In this document: positions 26,029-39,212 of the stretch, piece after piece | How positions within the stretch are numbered: the first letter of the stretch is position 1 | Layout of the letters: each line of letters starts with the position of its first letter | Source of the DNA: Adineta vaga | Lineage: Eukaryota > Animalia > Rotifera | Direction of reading: 5' to 3' | Assembly: GCA_021613535.1 (NCBI GenBank) | Contig: CP075495.1 | Location: 4,774,001 to 4,838,000, forward strand | DNA: 64,000 nt | Notes under the pieces: generated by a model | Databases searched by the model: none | The model's input: the letters and a program-made list of their open reading frames with translations, nothing else | Told to the model about the DNA's origin: nothing | Program-made: the position numbers and the translations under genes

Positions 26029-28906
26029 ATGGTCGTATGGCTTCGGCCTGAGTTTATTCTGGTAATTGTCACCAGTTTGTACTGTTGCTCACAAATGGGT
26101 ATGTATCATTGAAATAACTAATATATTAAAAGAATAGATACTTTAAGAAAAGAAAAAATAAACATATTATCATGGAAAATTGAACGATGTTTTTTCTTCT
26201 TCTTCTTCTTCTTCTGAAAATGTCATTATGTCATATTTTTGTTATTAATTTATAGTCATTCTAATTTGATGTCTTATATGTCATTCGAAATAGTTAGATG
26301 AAGAAGCAAATATTTATAAGATTAAGAAATCCTATCTTAACACTCACTTAAATGACATCCGAGTATCGATGTGTAAAGCTTCAGAATGAATACAAATTTC
26401 TCATTCAATATATATAACCAATAGAAAAAGAAAACGACAGAAAGATTATGGAAAAAAAACTTTTTTTTTGTATGTATGTATGTTTATCGATAAAACTATT
26501 TATCTTGTGATTAGACGATAAGATCACGTTTTATCCCTTGAGGATAAATGATTTCTTTTCGTTTTTAATTATCATACATAGAGATAGAGATAGATTTTCA
26601 CTCAAGGATCGATTGCTTTTTTGTTTTGAATAGTTTCAGCAAAAACATATGATAAATTTTGGTGTGCAACGGAAGAAGGTCGTCATCAATTATCATGTCC
26701 AGATGAAACAGCTTTATTAACAGATGTATCAATACGTAAAGTTCATCGTCGTACGCAAATGTGTGAACCTGCTGTTCATTCCGATTATTTTGTGCACTGT
26801 CAAGGATCTGTTGATGGTGCATTATGTGAAGGAAATAAGACATGTTTTATCGAAGTGTCTAGTCGAAATTATATACAATGTAGTAGTGGAACCTATGCAC
26901 CAACATACTTTTTTGTAAAATATACGTGTACACAAAGTAAATCGACAGAAATACGAGAGAAAAATAGATATAATAGTCATTTCTTTCTATATTAGTTCAT
27001 ACAATGTGTGTGGATACTGAACCGATACGAAATACACTTTATGGATTTATTGTTTCACCAGCGTATCCTCATCCCATGGCTGATAATCTTAAATGTTCAA
27101 TTAATATTGGTAAGAGTTAATTATTTACTTGATATGTAATGATAAATAACTTGCTACTATTGTTTGAAATTTTTATAGAAGCTGATCCATCAATGTACAT
27201 TGAATTATCTCCAGTTCATATAAATTTGCAAGATGCTTATAAATGTCGATCTGAATATTTGGAAATTTTTGGATATTTAAATTCCATATCAACAAATTCG
27301 ACATCCGATAAATCCGTATCAGAGAAATATTCTCAACCAATTTGGAAATCATATCATACATGGTGTGGTGCTGATCGTTCAACCAATAGTCCAACGCCGA
27401 ATACACGTTATTTAATCTCGTCGAATTCATTATACATGTCATTACAAACATCAGCATCAAAACGACCACGCTCTTTCAAAATACGATATAAAGGTATAAA
27501 ACGAAATAAGAAAGAATTTTGATTCATTTTGTTTGTCATAATCTTAGTTATTCCCTCTATCGCACGTTCACAATATGATTCTGATGGAATTGCTATTGAT
27601 TCATCATCTGAACCATATATATCATCAATCATGACAGCAACAACATCGATAGCAATACCATTAACAACGATTGTTATCCCAACGATTGAAGATAATTATA
27701 ATCGAACATCAAACGCAACTATTACGAAACGAACCTATAAGAAAGGTATTTAATTAAATATTCTCTTCTTCGATAGTCAATTTCGGTTCTTTTTTCTTCT
27801 CTTCATAGAAATTATTATCGGTACTATTGCTGGTGTATTCGTGCTTGTAATTGCTATCCTTGTTGGTGTCGGTATATTTCTTTTTATTAAACGGTAATAC
27901 TTTCTGACAAGACATTTCTACTAATATTATCATGTAAACTTATCTTTCTAGTCGTCAAACACGAGCAACAGCAACGAAATTGACAGCAGCATCATCATCA
28001 TCAGGAACAAATGTTGGAAAGAAGAACGTTTCATCTCCAGCATCTCTCAGTAATGCAATGGCAAAACCAGGTACAAAAACATCTGACAAAGCTCCACTTC
28101 TTCAACAAACAACTACAGGCAAACCTCCATCGGTACCAGTTGCAAAACCTAAATTGGTACCTGAAAGAACAGTTCAAATATCTGATGTGAACACATCTCG
28201 TTTCAAATCTCATACGACGGCAGCAACCGGTGTAACAAGTACAACTAGCAAAGATGCTAATTCAGGTCATACAGAAGCAGTTGCAACAGCATCGGCACCA
28301 GCAGCATTGAAATCTACATTAACAGCAGCTGATAGTGGTATTTATGGTGCCGATTTAAGTGACGATGCATCATCTGTAGTAACGAAACCAATCGAAACAC
28401 CAAAAATTTATGGTATCGATTTACCTGATAAATCCGAGAAAAATTCACCTGTGCCACCACGACATCATCACCATCGTCCTCCTTCCCCTCCTCCATTAAC
28501 TGTTGTTATTAATCCACTCAATGAGAATTCTTCATCTACACCGACAAAGACAACATTATCTGCTATTGGTGTACCAAATCATATTTCAATGCATTCTTCT
28601 TTAGCTGATGAAAACGAAGTTTTATTGACTCCACTTTTACAAAATGAACATCTTGATGAAACAGTTAAAAGTGCCTATTTAAGTTTAATTGATGCAACTA
28701 TGAGTGAAAATGAAGGTACAATTGGTGGAGGATCATTAGTAAGTAGCGCATCTCAATCGCGACGAACTTCCAATATTAAACAACCATTATTATCACATGA
28801 AAGAAATCATTTCGAAGGAATCCCACGTAAAACGACACAATTCAATCCATTACATGTTATTTTGAAAAAAGATGCCAATAAATATTATACTACCGAATAC
28901 ATTTAA
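26029..28906 (+). CDS. type I membrane protein: signal peptide, SUEL/galactose-lectin-like Cys domain, CUB domain, TM helix, long low-complexity tail
   Basis: Signal exon MVVWLRPEFILVIVTSLYCCSQM; LSCP..CEGNKTC..VKYTC; CUB motifs GFIVSPAYP..CSINI..EYLEI..WCG..SNSLYMSL..FKIRY; TM IIIGTIAGVFVLVIAILVGVGIFLFI. Confidence 0.75.
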
Positions 28907-29099
28907 CAATCATTAACGAAACATTTCATATCAAGAACGGTTTCTTTATCATGTTGGACTGATATCTCTGATTGATTTTTCTCTTTTGTTTTTGCTCTCT
29001 TCTGTCTTTTTACAAAACATGAATAACGTATAATAAGAATAAACAAAAAAAAAATAAATAGATGTTTTTTTTTTCGTAAGATACTTTGTTGTATATTTA

Positions 29100-30813
29100 T
29101 CAGTTTGTGTTGGATTTATCATCTGAAAATGGTCCAGCAAATACACTAAGATCATCAATTGATACAAACCAAATTTGCTCGAATGCATAACGAATTGCTT
29201 TCTTTGAATCCATCAATGGTTCATTTAAGATTTTCGAAAAGATTTTAGCAATCATTTGCATATTATTTGCAAATGCACCCGTACCAATTGGTCCTAATAA
29301 TAAATATGTACTTTTACCATTACCATTTGTATTAGCAACAGCAGATGCAATAATAGCTTGAACTTTTTTATATGTTCGATCATACATATCATCGAAATTT
29401 TCACGTGATGGTGGCTTGTATAGACCTTCATCCATACCAGAAAGATCATAACCTAATTGAGAGAGAGAGAGAAAGAAATAAATAAGTAGAAAATTGAATG
29501 GATGAGTATATAGGGTTATCAATCATCGATCTCTGCTGAAAAATAAGTTAGCATGGTAATTCTTGCATGTCAGGATTATTAGCTTTGTTATGAATAAATT
29601 ATTCTAAAATGTATTTGATTCTATCGGAAGAAAAACATAAATATGCAAGGAAATCGATTGTTTCCGTGATCAATTAAATATTCTTGATGTACAAAAGATT
29701 CTTTTTGAAAAGTGAACATTTCATGGTGATTAATCGTTGGATAGAATGAAATTAGTCAGTAAACTATCTAGATTTGTCTAATTTGAAATCACAAAAACGA
29801 TTCTCGAAAAGAAACTACTTACAAGCTGCAACAATCAAATCTGTTAGACGTTCTTGTGAACATTCACCCCGAAAGAATCGTACATTTTGTATATAGGCAA
29901 CACCAAATTCAGGTAGCATATATCCACCATCCATAATATTATATTTTAAATCTAATAATGCACGATATCCATCGGAATTAAAAAGAATGACCTAAAATAA
30001 GAAGAATGAATAATAAATTCGAACAAATGATTCTACAGACTTCTTCTTGAGTTCGAGCATTTTCAAGATAATAACCACCAGGCATACGTTCGTCAGCAAA
30101 ATCAAGAACAATAACTTGTTTATCAACAGGAGCCTGGAAAACTGCTTCTTCAATACCTGATCTAATAAATTTAATTTCTCCCGCACAATCACGTTTTTCA
30201 ACAGGTGAGTCTAGAAGTTTATCATGTGAATCTTGATCTGCTTCTGGATTAAAAAGACCAGGTTCTTTCAAATCTTTAATTTCTTGATAATTCCAATATA
30301 ATTTTAATTCACTCATTTGAAAACCATCTTCTTCACGACATTGTTTAATATTATTTCTTGATTGTTTTGGACCATCCGAACAGCATCTATTTCTAATTCC
30401 CAATATATACCTTTATCTTCTGCACGATATTGTTGTTGATACGGTTCTGTACTTTCTTTTAAATCATTATAAGTGTTTTCAAGTTTTGACCAATCTATAC
30501 TTGGCTTACATTTAGCTATTAAGCCCATCAAACGTTCGTTATTTGTCGACTTCATTGCTAATAGAAAATACAGCATTGTTCGACGACTTTGATGATAATC
30601 ATAACGTCTTCTAGTTTCATCGTTCAATAATATGGGATCTGCGATACTCAGAATTGACTGGATATCACTTTCCTGGAGTGCATGTGAAGGTATGTAAGGT
30701 TTTGCATTGCTCGTATTGTATTGCATTAATGTCTGAGAAAATGTTAAAAGAAATAAGGAACGAGTTAATAATGAAGTCGGAGAACGATAAACAGACGAGA
30801 GGAAATGTGCCAT
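29100..30813 (-). CDS. microbial-type PARG-like macrodomain protein (DUF2263/TIGR02452-like) with an internal frameshift
   Basis: VLDFADERMPGGYYLENARTQEEVIL catalytic-loop motif and LLLGPIGTGAFANN. Two GT-AG introns. N- and C-terminal ORFs overlap in different frames at 30313-30403. Confidence 0.75.
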
Positions 30814-31600
30814 TACTTGTTATATGTGACAAACATGATTTAGATTATTTTACAATTTCAATTCAATTTGGAAATAAAGAAAGAGAATGTTAACAAAGTG
30901 CGCTTGATCATGATTTGTTTTTGCTATAGGTAAGAGAAAAGGAAAACAAGCGCACAAGCACTGCATCCATGTTTGTCAACAAAGCGATGACTGATGATGA
31001 TTCGTTGACATCTTTGCAATGACCGTATGGTATGTGCTGTACGAATCGATAGAGAGAGAAAGAAAGAGTTTTTTTTCACGCTCTTATTATTTCGGAATGA
31101 TATTAAGTAAAGAGTTTTTATTTGATTATTCATCAATGATTACGAAATAAATCTTGATTAGCTTAGTTCTAACTGAAAAATCGTTGTATTTTAGTTTTTA
31201 AAAGAGTTTTATATTAGATTGATTATTTATATTTCTTACTTGTTGAGAAAAAATTGAATTGTATGCTAATAGTGATTCTAACGAAAATGACCTAATCAAA
31301 AATCGATCTATACGGTTCGTGATCGTGAATGTCAATTGTCATTAACAAAAACAACCTTTTAAAGTAACATTCGATTGGTGTATTTCTCATCAATTCAACT
31401 TGACGATGAAGATACCGATCGATCCAACTAGTCAAGTGTTCCTATGTAGATTCGAACTGTACGACATCTGCAGTTTATGTTAAGAAAAAATCTTAATAAA
31501 ACGAATAGTGATAAGATATTTTCATACAAATGAAAGAGACTTTAATTGAAATATTTTCAAAGGAAGTTTCTACAATTAAAATCCTAGATGAATTCTAATT

Positions 31601-32628
31601 TTATGGAATACAACAATAATGTTTCATCAATCGTCTTAATTCCTTCCGAAAAATACGAGTAGTTAAGATATAAATATAAAATGTTGCACTAAAATTTATA
31701 TTTGCTAACATATATGCAACAGTAGAATAGAATTGATCAAGCACTACTTGAACAGTGGACTTGTTCCATTGCATTGTTACTGTTGAATAAACTAAAAATA
31801 TTGGAAATGGTAAACATGTTATAAGGTAAACTGCTAATTGAACTAATATCATGAGTAAGATATCATATTCTCTTGATCTTCTGTAGATAGCTTTGCCACG
31901 TTGTAGATTAGCTGGAACTTGAATGTTGACACGTCTTCGACTAAATCGAATATTTCGAATAGTTAGAAAACCAAAAGTAATCATTAGTATAGGAGTTAAG
32001 AAGCCAGCTAAAATTGTATTGTAGATGTTGTAAAAGATTGAATAATTGAACCACGCTACAATGCATCGACCTATAGAATAATAAATCAAGTAGAAGTTGT
32101 CGATGAAATTCAAAAATACTTACCATTGATAATTTGATAATTCAATGGAATATGCAGAGAAATGAAGCACCAAATAATCCCCACAATCGGAATCAATCGT
32201 CTAGCAACTTTGATATGACTAAATGCACGAAGTTGAACACTTACTGAACTCATTGCCCAACGATCTATACATGCTAATACAATATAAAACCTTGACAACA
32301 TTGTAGTAATATGAGAAAGATAAACTCGAAATCTGCAAAAGAATAATGATGTTGCTGTTAGATCAATGCCAAAACCAAATGTTAAGAAATGAAAAAAGAT
32401 AACAATATTGACAATTAAAAGATTTGTAATAGAAGAAGCAAGAATGTAACAGGAACATGAACTTTGAAGATATACTTGTTGAGTTAAAATGAGAATATTG
32501 AGAATTGATCCAATGTTTCCAGTAAGAAAAATAAACGGATATAAGTAACGACCAATACAAAGTTGAATAAGAGTGAGTGTAGTGATCAATGGATCGATCG
32601 GTGTGACTATCATAGAAGTATTGGACAT
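31601..32628 (-). CDS. class A orphan GPCR, 2 exons
   Basis: GNIGSILN, FFCRFRVY, ACIDRW, TM6 TCLP, TM7 FYIYILTTRIFRKEL. One GT-AG intron ~32071-32123. Confidence 0.88.
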
Positions 32629-33892
32629 GTTTTGTTAAGATTCTATTTCAGAAATAAATGAGAGAAAGAAGTTGAAAATACCGACTTGTTCTTTCTAAAG
32701 ATTATGTACTTTTAACTAATAAGACAGGCAAAAGGATTTATTCAAATATGAATATATTTTATGATTCTTTTTATATATGAAAACGAAAATGAAGAGTTCT
32801 TTTTGAAATGAGCTTATAGCTAATCTCATCTAGCAATTCTAAGTTTATTATGCATTTCTATCATTTCAGCCTTTTCAAGAAAGTTTTAAGTAATAATGAA
32901 CATAAAATGTTAAGAATCTTTTTCATATAGATTAAGTTAATGAGGATGAATTTACTGTTTTTGATGGAAAATAGTTGGTATTCAAAAGAATTATATGTGA
33001 TGAAAAACAAATCTTCTTATTAACCTATTTTACAATAAAACTATTCATGAATAATGCGCCAAAGAAAGTGAAAATCGCACAATATTCTCTACAAAAAAGT
33101 TGAATGATGAGTAATTTTATCAAATTATATTATTTAACTTAGTGGATCTGAAATCTAAATTAACAATATTGCTAATAAACAAGAAAAAGATTGATTTCTA
33201 AATTCACTTTGATTGAATGATGCGTGTAAAACGGAATATACTTATTTAAATCATAGACTACTATAGTTCTGTTTTACTTCGAGATATAATGAATAAATAA
33301 TCTTTCCTATCATAGCTATACGAATTTTATTCAATAAATTCAAATGAGAAGCATACTATATTGCTACACGATTCTATGATCGTCATAGGATATTTTATTT
33401 GTTCTAAATTTATATAAACTCTACTAAATCATAATCTGTCATACGACCAATTAGTAAAAAAGCATACTTTGTCGATGAGATAAGCTGATTATTCGTAAAA
33501 TAATGAACCAAGTGCATAAGATTAGAGATGAAAAACATCGATGGATATACGACACATCTTGAAAATAAATGAACTTATCTTTCTTTTCTTTTTTTTTTCA
33601 AATGAGAATTTAATTTAACAAAAAGCTAATGTACTTCGATCGTAGAATTAATCTGTTTAGGAAATCTTCCTTGATGAAATTTTCACATATGCTTTAACAC
33701 TCAGCTGGATATATTATGTTTATTGTTCAGATCATCTTTATTTGGATATGAAGAAATAAATCGAATGTATATGTTTTACTGTAAGATCATAGACACAAAG
33801 AAAGTTTCTCTGATAGATAGGTAAAACTCAAATGAACGAGTCCTACATATTGGTTTTACATCGATAAATTATGCATTAGATATTTCACAATG

Positions 33893-34833
33893 TTAATAAT
33901 GAAACTCATTGAACAATTTCTTATACTCTTGTTCTAACAGACTAGAACCATGTTGAAATTCAATTTGACGTTCAAAAAACACTTGTTCGAGTTTCTTCAT
34001 TGTATTTGTTAATTGTTGTGTTAATTTCGAATGTGTTTTACTACGTTCTTCATCGTTTGATAATGACATATATCGTCCAATACTAGAAGTTTGATCAAGA
34101 ATAAAACGATTTAATATATAGGTAGATGTACTCGATAATTCATAGAGAAAATAAGCATTATTTTCAAGTTGAAATAAGATTGGAATAAAACAATCGGTTT
34201 GAATAGGAATAGTTAGATTAATTTCTTTTTTTATATCAAGATTGTGAATCAATTTATCAATCTGTTCGAATCGTTGTTTAATCTGTTGAATTCGTATTTG
34301 AATTTTTTCCAACGTATTTTTCGAATTAAAATCATTATAAAGTATAAGATCCGTCGATTTGATGGTTGAAATGATAGATCCAATGGAACTTGTTGAATAT
34401 CTTCGAACAGATTAGAAATTTTCGTTAGTTGATCAATGATTCTATTAATGAAAATCGCATTCTCATTAAAAATTCGAGAAATACTATTCACAGTCGCTGG
34501 TAATAGTCTTTCTTTCATCAAAGATGAGCCTGATCGAATTAATTTAAATATTGTTTTAATATAACTCGGAACACGTTTTACAGCAAGTTCAATGCGATAC
34601 ATAGTCGAATAAATATCCATAAATAGTTTTTGCAAAGCGGAATTCATTTGTAGTAATTTCATACGAATTGATTGAGAATGTTGAATCATAAGTATTGATT
34701 GAAGATAAACAACAGAAATACTATCAGAAAGTAATTCCTTCGATAATGACAAACTATTGAATTCTATGATATACCAGTGACAAATAAGAATGAAGGAATA
34801 TATGAAACTTACGAGAATGTAATTGTACTTCAT
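33893..34833 (-). pseudogene. secreted helical/coiled-coil protein of unknown function, frameshifted
   Basis: Signal-peptide-like N-terminus. Two overlapping ORFs; coding-like sequence continues in the -1 frame from about 34360 (STDLILYNDFNSKNTLEKIQIRIQQ). No suitable intron seen. Confidence 0.5.
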
Positions 34834-35158
34834 TTCCTTGAACTAGTTGATTGAAAGTACTCAGAATGAATAAGATATAACAGCAATCAACATATCGTGT
34901 TGTCATGTTAATACGTATGTATTTTTCGCGTTAGTTGAGTTTTTCGTCGAAAATCATTTGTGAAAGAAAACAGCTGACATATATTCTTCGATTATGAGAA
35001 ATCAGTGCTTTTCGTATCAAGAAAATGTATTATGGATCTATTCACATACATATCAATGAAAAAATTATATTCTTCTATGATTGAAGTCTTATCGAGACAA
35101 AGTTTCATTCTTATTTAAATTTTCCAATTAAGAAATGAATGAGTAAAAAAGTTTTCTT

Positions 35159-36861
35159 CTACAGAAAAGGAAGAGATGATTTAAAAAGATTTCGTTTCGT
35201 ATTTTGTCGTTGTTCATTTATATTCAATAATTGAGTTACTTCATCGGTAACTAACATTTTATAATCCCATTTTTCATGAGAACCTGTTGGAATTGGTCCT
35301 GGTTTACGTTGAAATCGACTAGTAAGAAGTGTTGGATGAGTTGATGATTGATTTAATTTCGGTAGACGAGCTGTTGATATCACAGGTTCGAATTTTGTTT
35401 GAACAGTAAGAAATAATAAACGATCGTACATTTCTATTAAACCTTGATGATATTTAAAATATGTTTCATTTAATAATCTTAAACCATCAGCAATCTATAA
35501 TCAAACAAGTAGAAATAGACAAAGAGCATGTGTCATTCAAATCTTCTTTTACTTGTTTTTGATTACATAATTGTAATGGATAAAATGTTCGATGAATAAG
35601 TTCATTGAACCAATTCAATTTTTGTATAGTAAATTTGATTGTTTCAACTTCCCATAAAAATTCTAAATTTGGTCGTTTTTCTCCATGTAATTGTTCAATT
35701 ATGCGTGAACTATGTTCATTTGTATTATACCAAGTTTCAATAACTTCAACAGGTAATGGTAATGTATTTATATTTGGTTCACGATGAATAATTACTAATC
35801 TACCAGTTGATATTAAAGATCTTCGTAATAAATTTATACATAACATCAATGGACTTATGATATTAGTATGGATTTTAGGAATATTTTCATTCATTGTAAC
35901 ACTGTTTATATGATGAAGACAATTAAATAGAATGATTCGATCGAATATTTTCGATGATAATTGTTCTTTAATTGCATCTAAATGACGAAGATAACATATT
36001 TTCATCGATATGATTGATTTAAACGGAAAGTAGAAATTCTGCTGTTTTATTTAGAAATTACGATAAAATATCGAATGAATTTTTCATCTTTTATTATTAG
36101 TTTTAGCTGATAGCATTGAATTGATTCAAATGTTTGTTTTATCTAATACACCTGTGTAAAGAATGACATGCCAGACATTTATAAGAAAAGTAAAATTCTG
36201 TTTTCTTTTGATTTGTTCTGTCGAGAAAATATTTTCTTTAACTTGTCAACATTAATGTAACAATTGTCATAGGAAAAAAAAGAAGAAAAATCTCGGCTGA
36301 CAACATTCAATATTATATTAATAAAAGTTGTTGTGAATGTGAAGAAGAAAGAAAGAAAGACTCTAATCGATTGCTTAAATATGAAAATGAAATTAAAGGA
36401 TTAACATATTGAATATCATCAGTAACATAATTCGATTTTTTTATCTTCGATAATTTCTACGATTGTCTCTAATTAACCTTCTCATTCATACTCAGATTTC
36501 ATTGTTACCAATTAAAGAAAGAGAATGATGGTTCAACTGTTGTATTTTACTTACCATGATGTAATTTACAATCAATAAAATGAACCGGTTTATTCAGAAA
36601 AAGTCGTTCTTCAATGATAGATGCCCATTCTGGCTCTTCACCAACAAGACATACGAGATCACTACAATTCACTTCAGCATGTTTTGCTAAATAAGTACAA
36701 AATTCTTTTTCATATTGTGCACCAAATCGACATTTGCTCAATGGATAAATTCGTTCATTATTAACAACTGACAGACCAGTCGTAAAATTAATTCGTTGAA
36801 AATATCGTTCCGCAGCAATTGAATATGGTCGTGGACTTTCTGGTGCTAGATAGGATGTCAT
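35159..36861 (-). CDS. degenerate class I SAM-methyltransferase-fold protein, 3 exons
   Basis: FDRIILFNCLHHI..LISTGRLVIIHR..TLPLP resembles methyltransferase motifs II/III, but the Gly-rich motif I is degenerate (CLVGEEPE). Introns ~36553-35978 and ~35551-35496. Confidence 0.6.
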
Positions 36862-37019
36862 TTCTATATGAAATTTTTATACAAATGTTGCAGGACGAGA
36901 AAAAAGATTGAATTTTTTTGCTTCTTTACCTTTCGAATAGCGCCCTTATTACTTTCCGTTTTTTTCAACGAGCGCGATCTCTCTCTCGCTCCTACTCGTC
37001 GTCTTTCCTTCTCCTTCAC

Positions 37020-37024
37020 GATGG

Positions 37025-37055
<31 letters not shown>
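37020..37055. repeat. (GAT)n microsatellite
   Basis: gatggt followed by about 10 perfect gat units; source of spurious poly-M/D/I ORFs. Confidence 0.9.
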
Positions 37056-37165
37056 CAACAACTCAAATACAATGCAAATTTAAGATGTCATAATAAAAAA
37101 GAAAAGAAAGAATGTTTTAGTCGCTTGAAGGTTTATATTAAAGAAATCTTTCATTTTCTTTTTCA

Positions 37166-38902
37166 TCACCAGTGCTGTAAATGAAGAAAATAAAACCAAT
37201 ATAAAATATTAAAAAGCGCAAAACAAAGCGGAAATGCAATGCGAGCAAAAACATCTAATTCACTACGACTATTGATACCGTAACGTGAGGCATGTTTACG
37301 AATTGTACGTTTATATTCTCCATTACCAGATAAACAAAACCAAAATCGATAAATACTCAATTGAATACGTGTTAACCATGAGTGATTTTTGTTTGATATC
37401 TGTTGTCGATTTTGATTCGTAAAACGTGAATAGATAATAGATGTTCGTGTTTTAGATACACGTTTGTTTCGTACATTACCATCGGGAAATAAAAGACTAT
37501 CGAGAGAACCTCGAAAACGAAGAAGTGGTTCACCATATCCAACCTAATTTAATCAGAATGATTTAATACAAAGGAAACAAGAGATTTCATTTGAAATTAT
37601 TACCTTTGTAAAATAATGAACAAAAGCAAATTGAAGTAATGATGCAAGTAGAAATGCATATGCCATGATAACAAACCAATCCAATGCAGTAAGATAAGAA
37701 ACAGCAACAGTATAATTATGTGTATCAAAACTTAATGTTGCTAAACTAAGAAAAGTCATTACACCGATGTTTACACGATCTGCCGTTGCTTCACGATGTA
37801 TAAAAAATGATACCCATGATAACATGACTAACATCGAACTTGGAATATAAACTTGAAGAATATAATAACCCATATGACGTTTAAGAACAAAATCAACGCG
37901 AAGTACAGAAAAATTACCTAGAAAAAAAGATTTACGATTATTAGTTTATTATTCTACAGAAATATCTTCAGTGTCTTCTAATAAAGATATACATACGTCC
38001 ATTCATTTCAGTAATATCATCATATTGTGGATATCTAATCAGATCAAATTGTGATAATAAAACTTTCGTATCAAAATTTACACTTCGATTATTTCCTAAA
38101 CGCCAATCGTATTGAACATCAGATGCTGAATTAGCGACTATGTATAAGACAGAACTTGTAACAACAACTTTGAAGTAAAAACAAAATGACTTACAACTTC
38201 CAACAAAAAAGTTACAGATTTGAGTATCAACTGGAAAATGTCGTAAGTTCATATTGCATCTAGATTTTACCGTAATTCTATACAAACCGAATCAATAACA
38301 ATCGATCATATTTCTTATGATTACCTAGATGAATACCAGATTGATCCATTTGGAAATAAACGCCATAAACGATTGCTTGTTGGTATTGTATGTAAATATG
38401 AATATTTTGAATTATAAAAAATTGTATCTGGTCTCCATAATCGTTCAAGCATACGTGTTGATAATGGTAACACACCAACCTCCTCAGCAAACTGAAGACG
38501 TTCATCACGCCATCGTTGACGAAAATAACAATTCATTGTAAATGACTAAAATTGACAAATAATGAGTTTTTTTCCTTCTTCTTTTAATTACGAACCATAT
38601 CAATATCCTGAATAGGACCAAATGAACTAACTAAAATATCAAAATTGATTTTCGTTGGACCTTCTAAATATTATGAATAAAAAAGCAAATAAGTCAATCG
38701 ATTTCCATGTTTGCATTTTACCTCCAAAATTTGGTCGAATATTTGCATCATAATTTTTCAAAAGACTATCCAAAATTGTTGTTATCTGATGAGTACGCCT
38801 CGATGCAGCTGTTATATTCGTATTATTATTATCCAATAATTGACCTTTCGCAACGACTAATATAAATACAAACCATTTGATTACACTGACAATCATTCTC
38901 AT
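37166..38902 (-). CDS. Cys-loop ligand-gated ion channel, GABA-A/GRD-like subunit
   Basis: YDANIRP, YFRQRWRDERL, LWRPDTIF, Cys-loop CNMNLRHFPVDTQIC, M1 YIPSSMLVMLSWVSF, M2 preceded by ATADR, M4 ARIAFPLCFALFNILYW. Canonical introns. Confidence 0.92.
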
Positions 38903-38952
38903 TTTAACAAGGAATATGTCTACTGCAATCTTGTTTCGTTGATACGCACACG

Positions 38953-38983
<31 letters not shown>

Positions 38984-39212
38984 TAATGACTAGAACATCA
39001 TGGATTGTTGTTTAGAACTATTGCCTCAAGCATCAAATAAACGACAATCGTATCAATAAAAATAATTACACGCCTCGACGAATCTAGTTTTTCTCGTCAA
39101 GTGATTGAATCTTTTCTATCCGAGAATGTAATCGAAGTAAGATCGTATTAAAAAACAAAGTTCTCAATTGTAATCGATTAATTTTATATTTATTTACAAA
39201 ATTTTTCTAGTA

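Noticed and set aside
36062-36151. 90-nt cag..gtaat bounded segment in the long intron of the methyltransferase-like gene with an in-frame TGA (selenocysteine or poison exon?)
   Set aside because: It has two stops in the required frame, and the flanking exons already join in frame without it. No SECIS evidence.
36864-37165. Acceptor 2 nt before the methyltransferase-like ATG as a possible trans-splice site (five-gene minus-strand operon)
   Set aside because: A good cis donor (aag|gtaaag) lies about 66 nt upstream, so an ordinary 5' UTR intron explains it.
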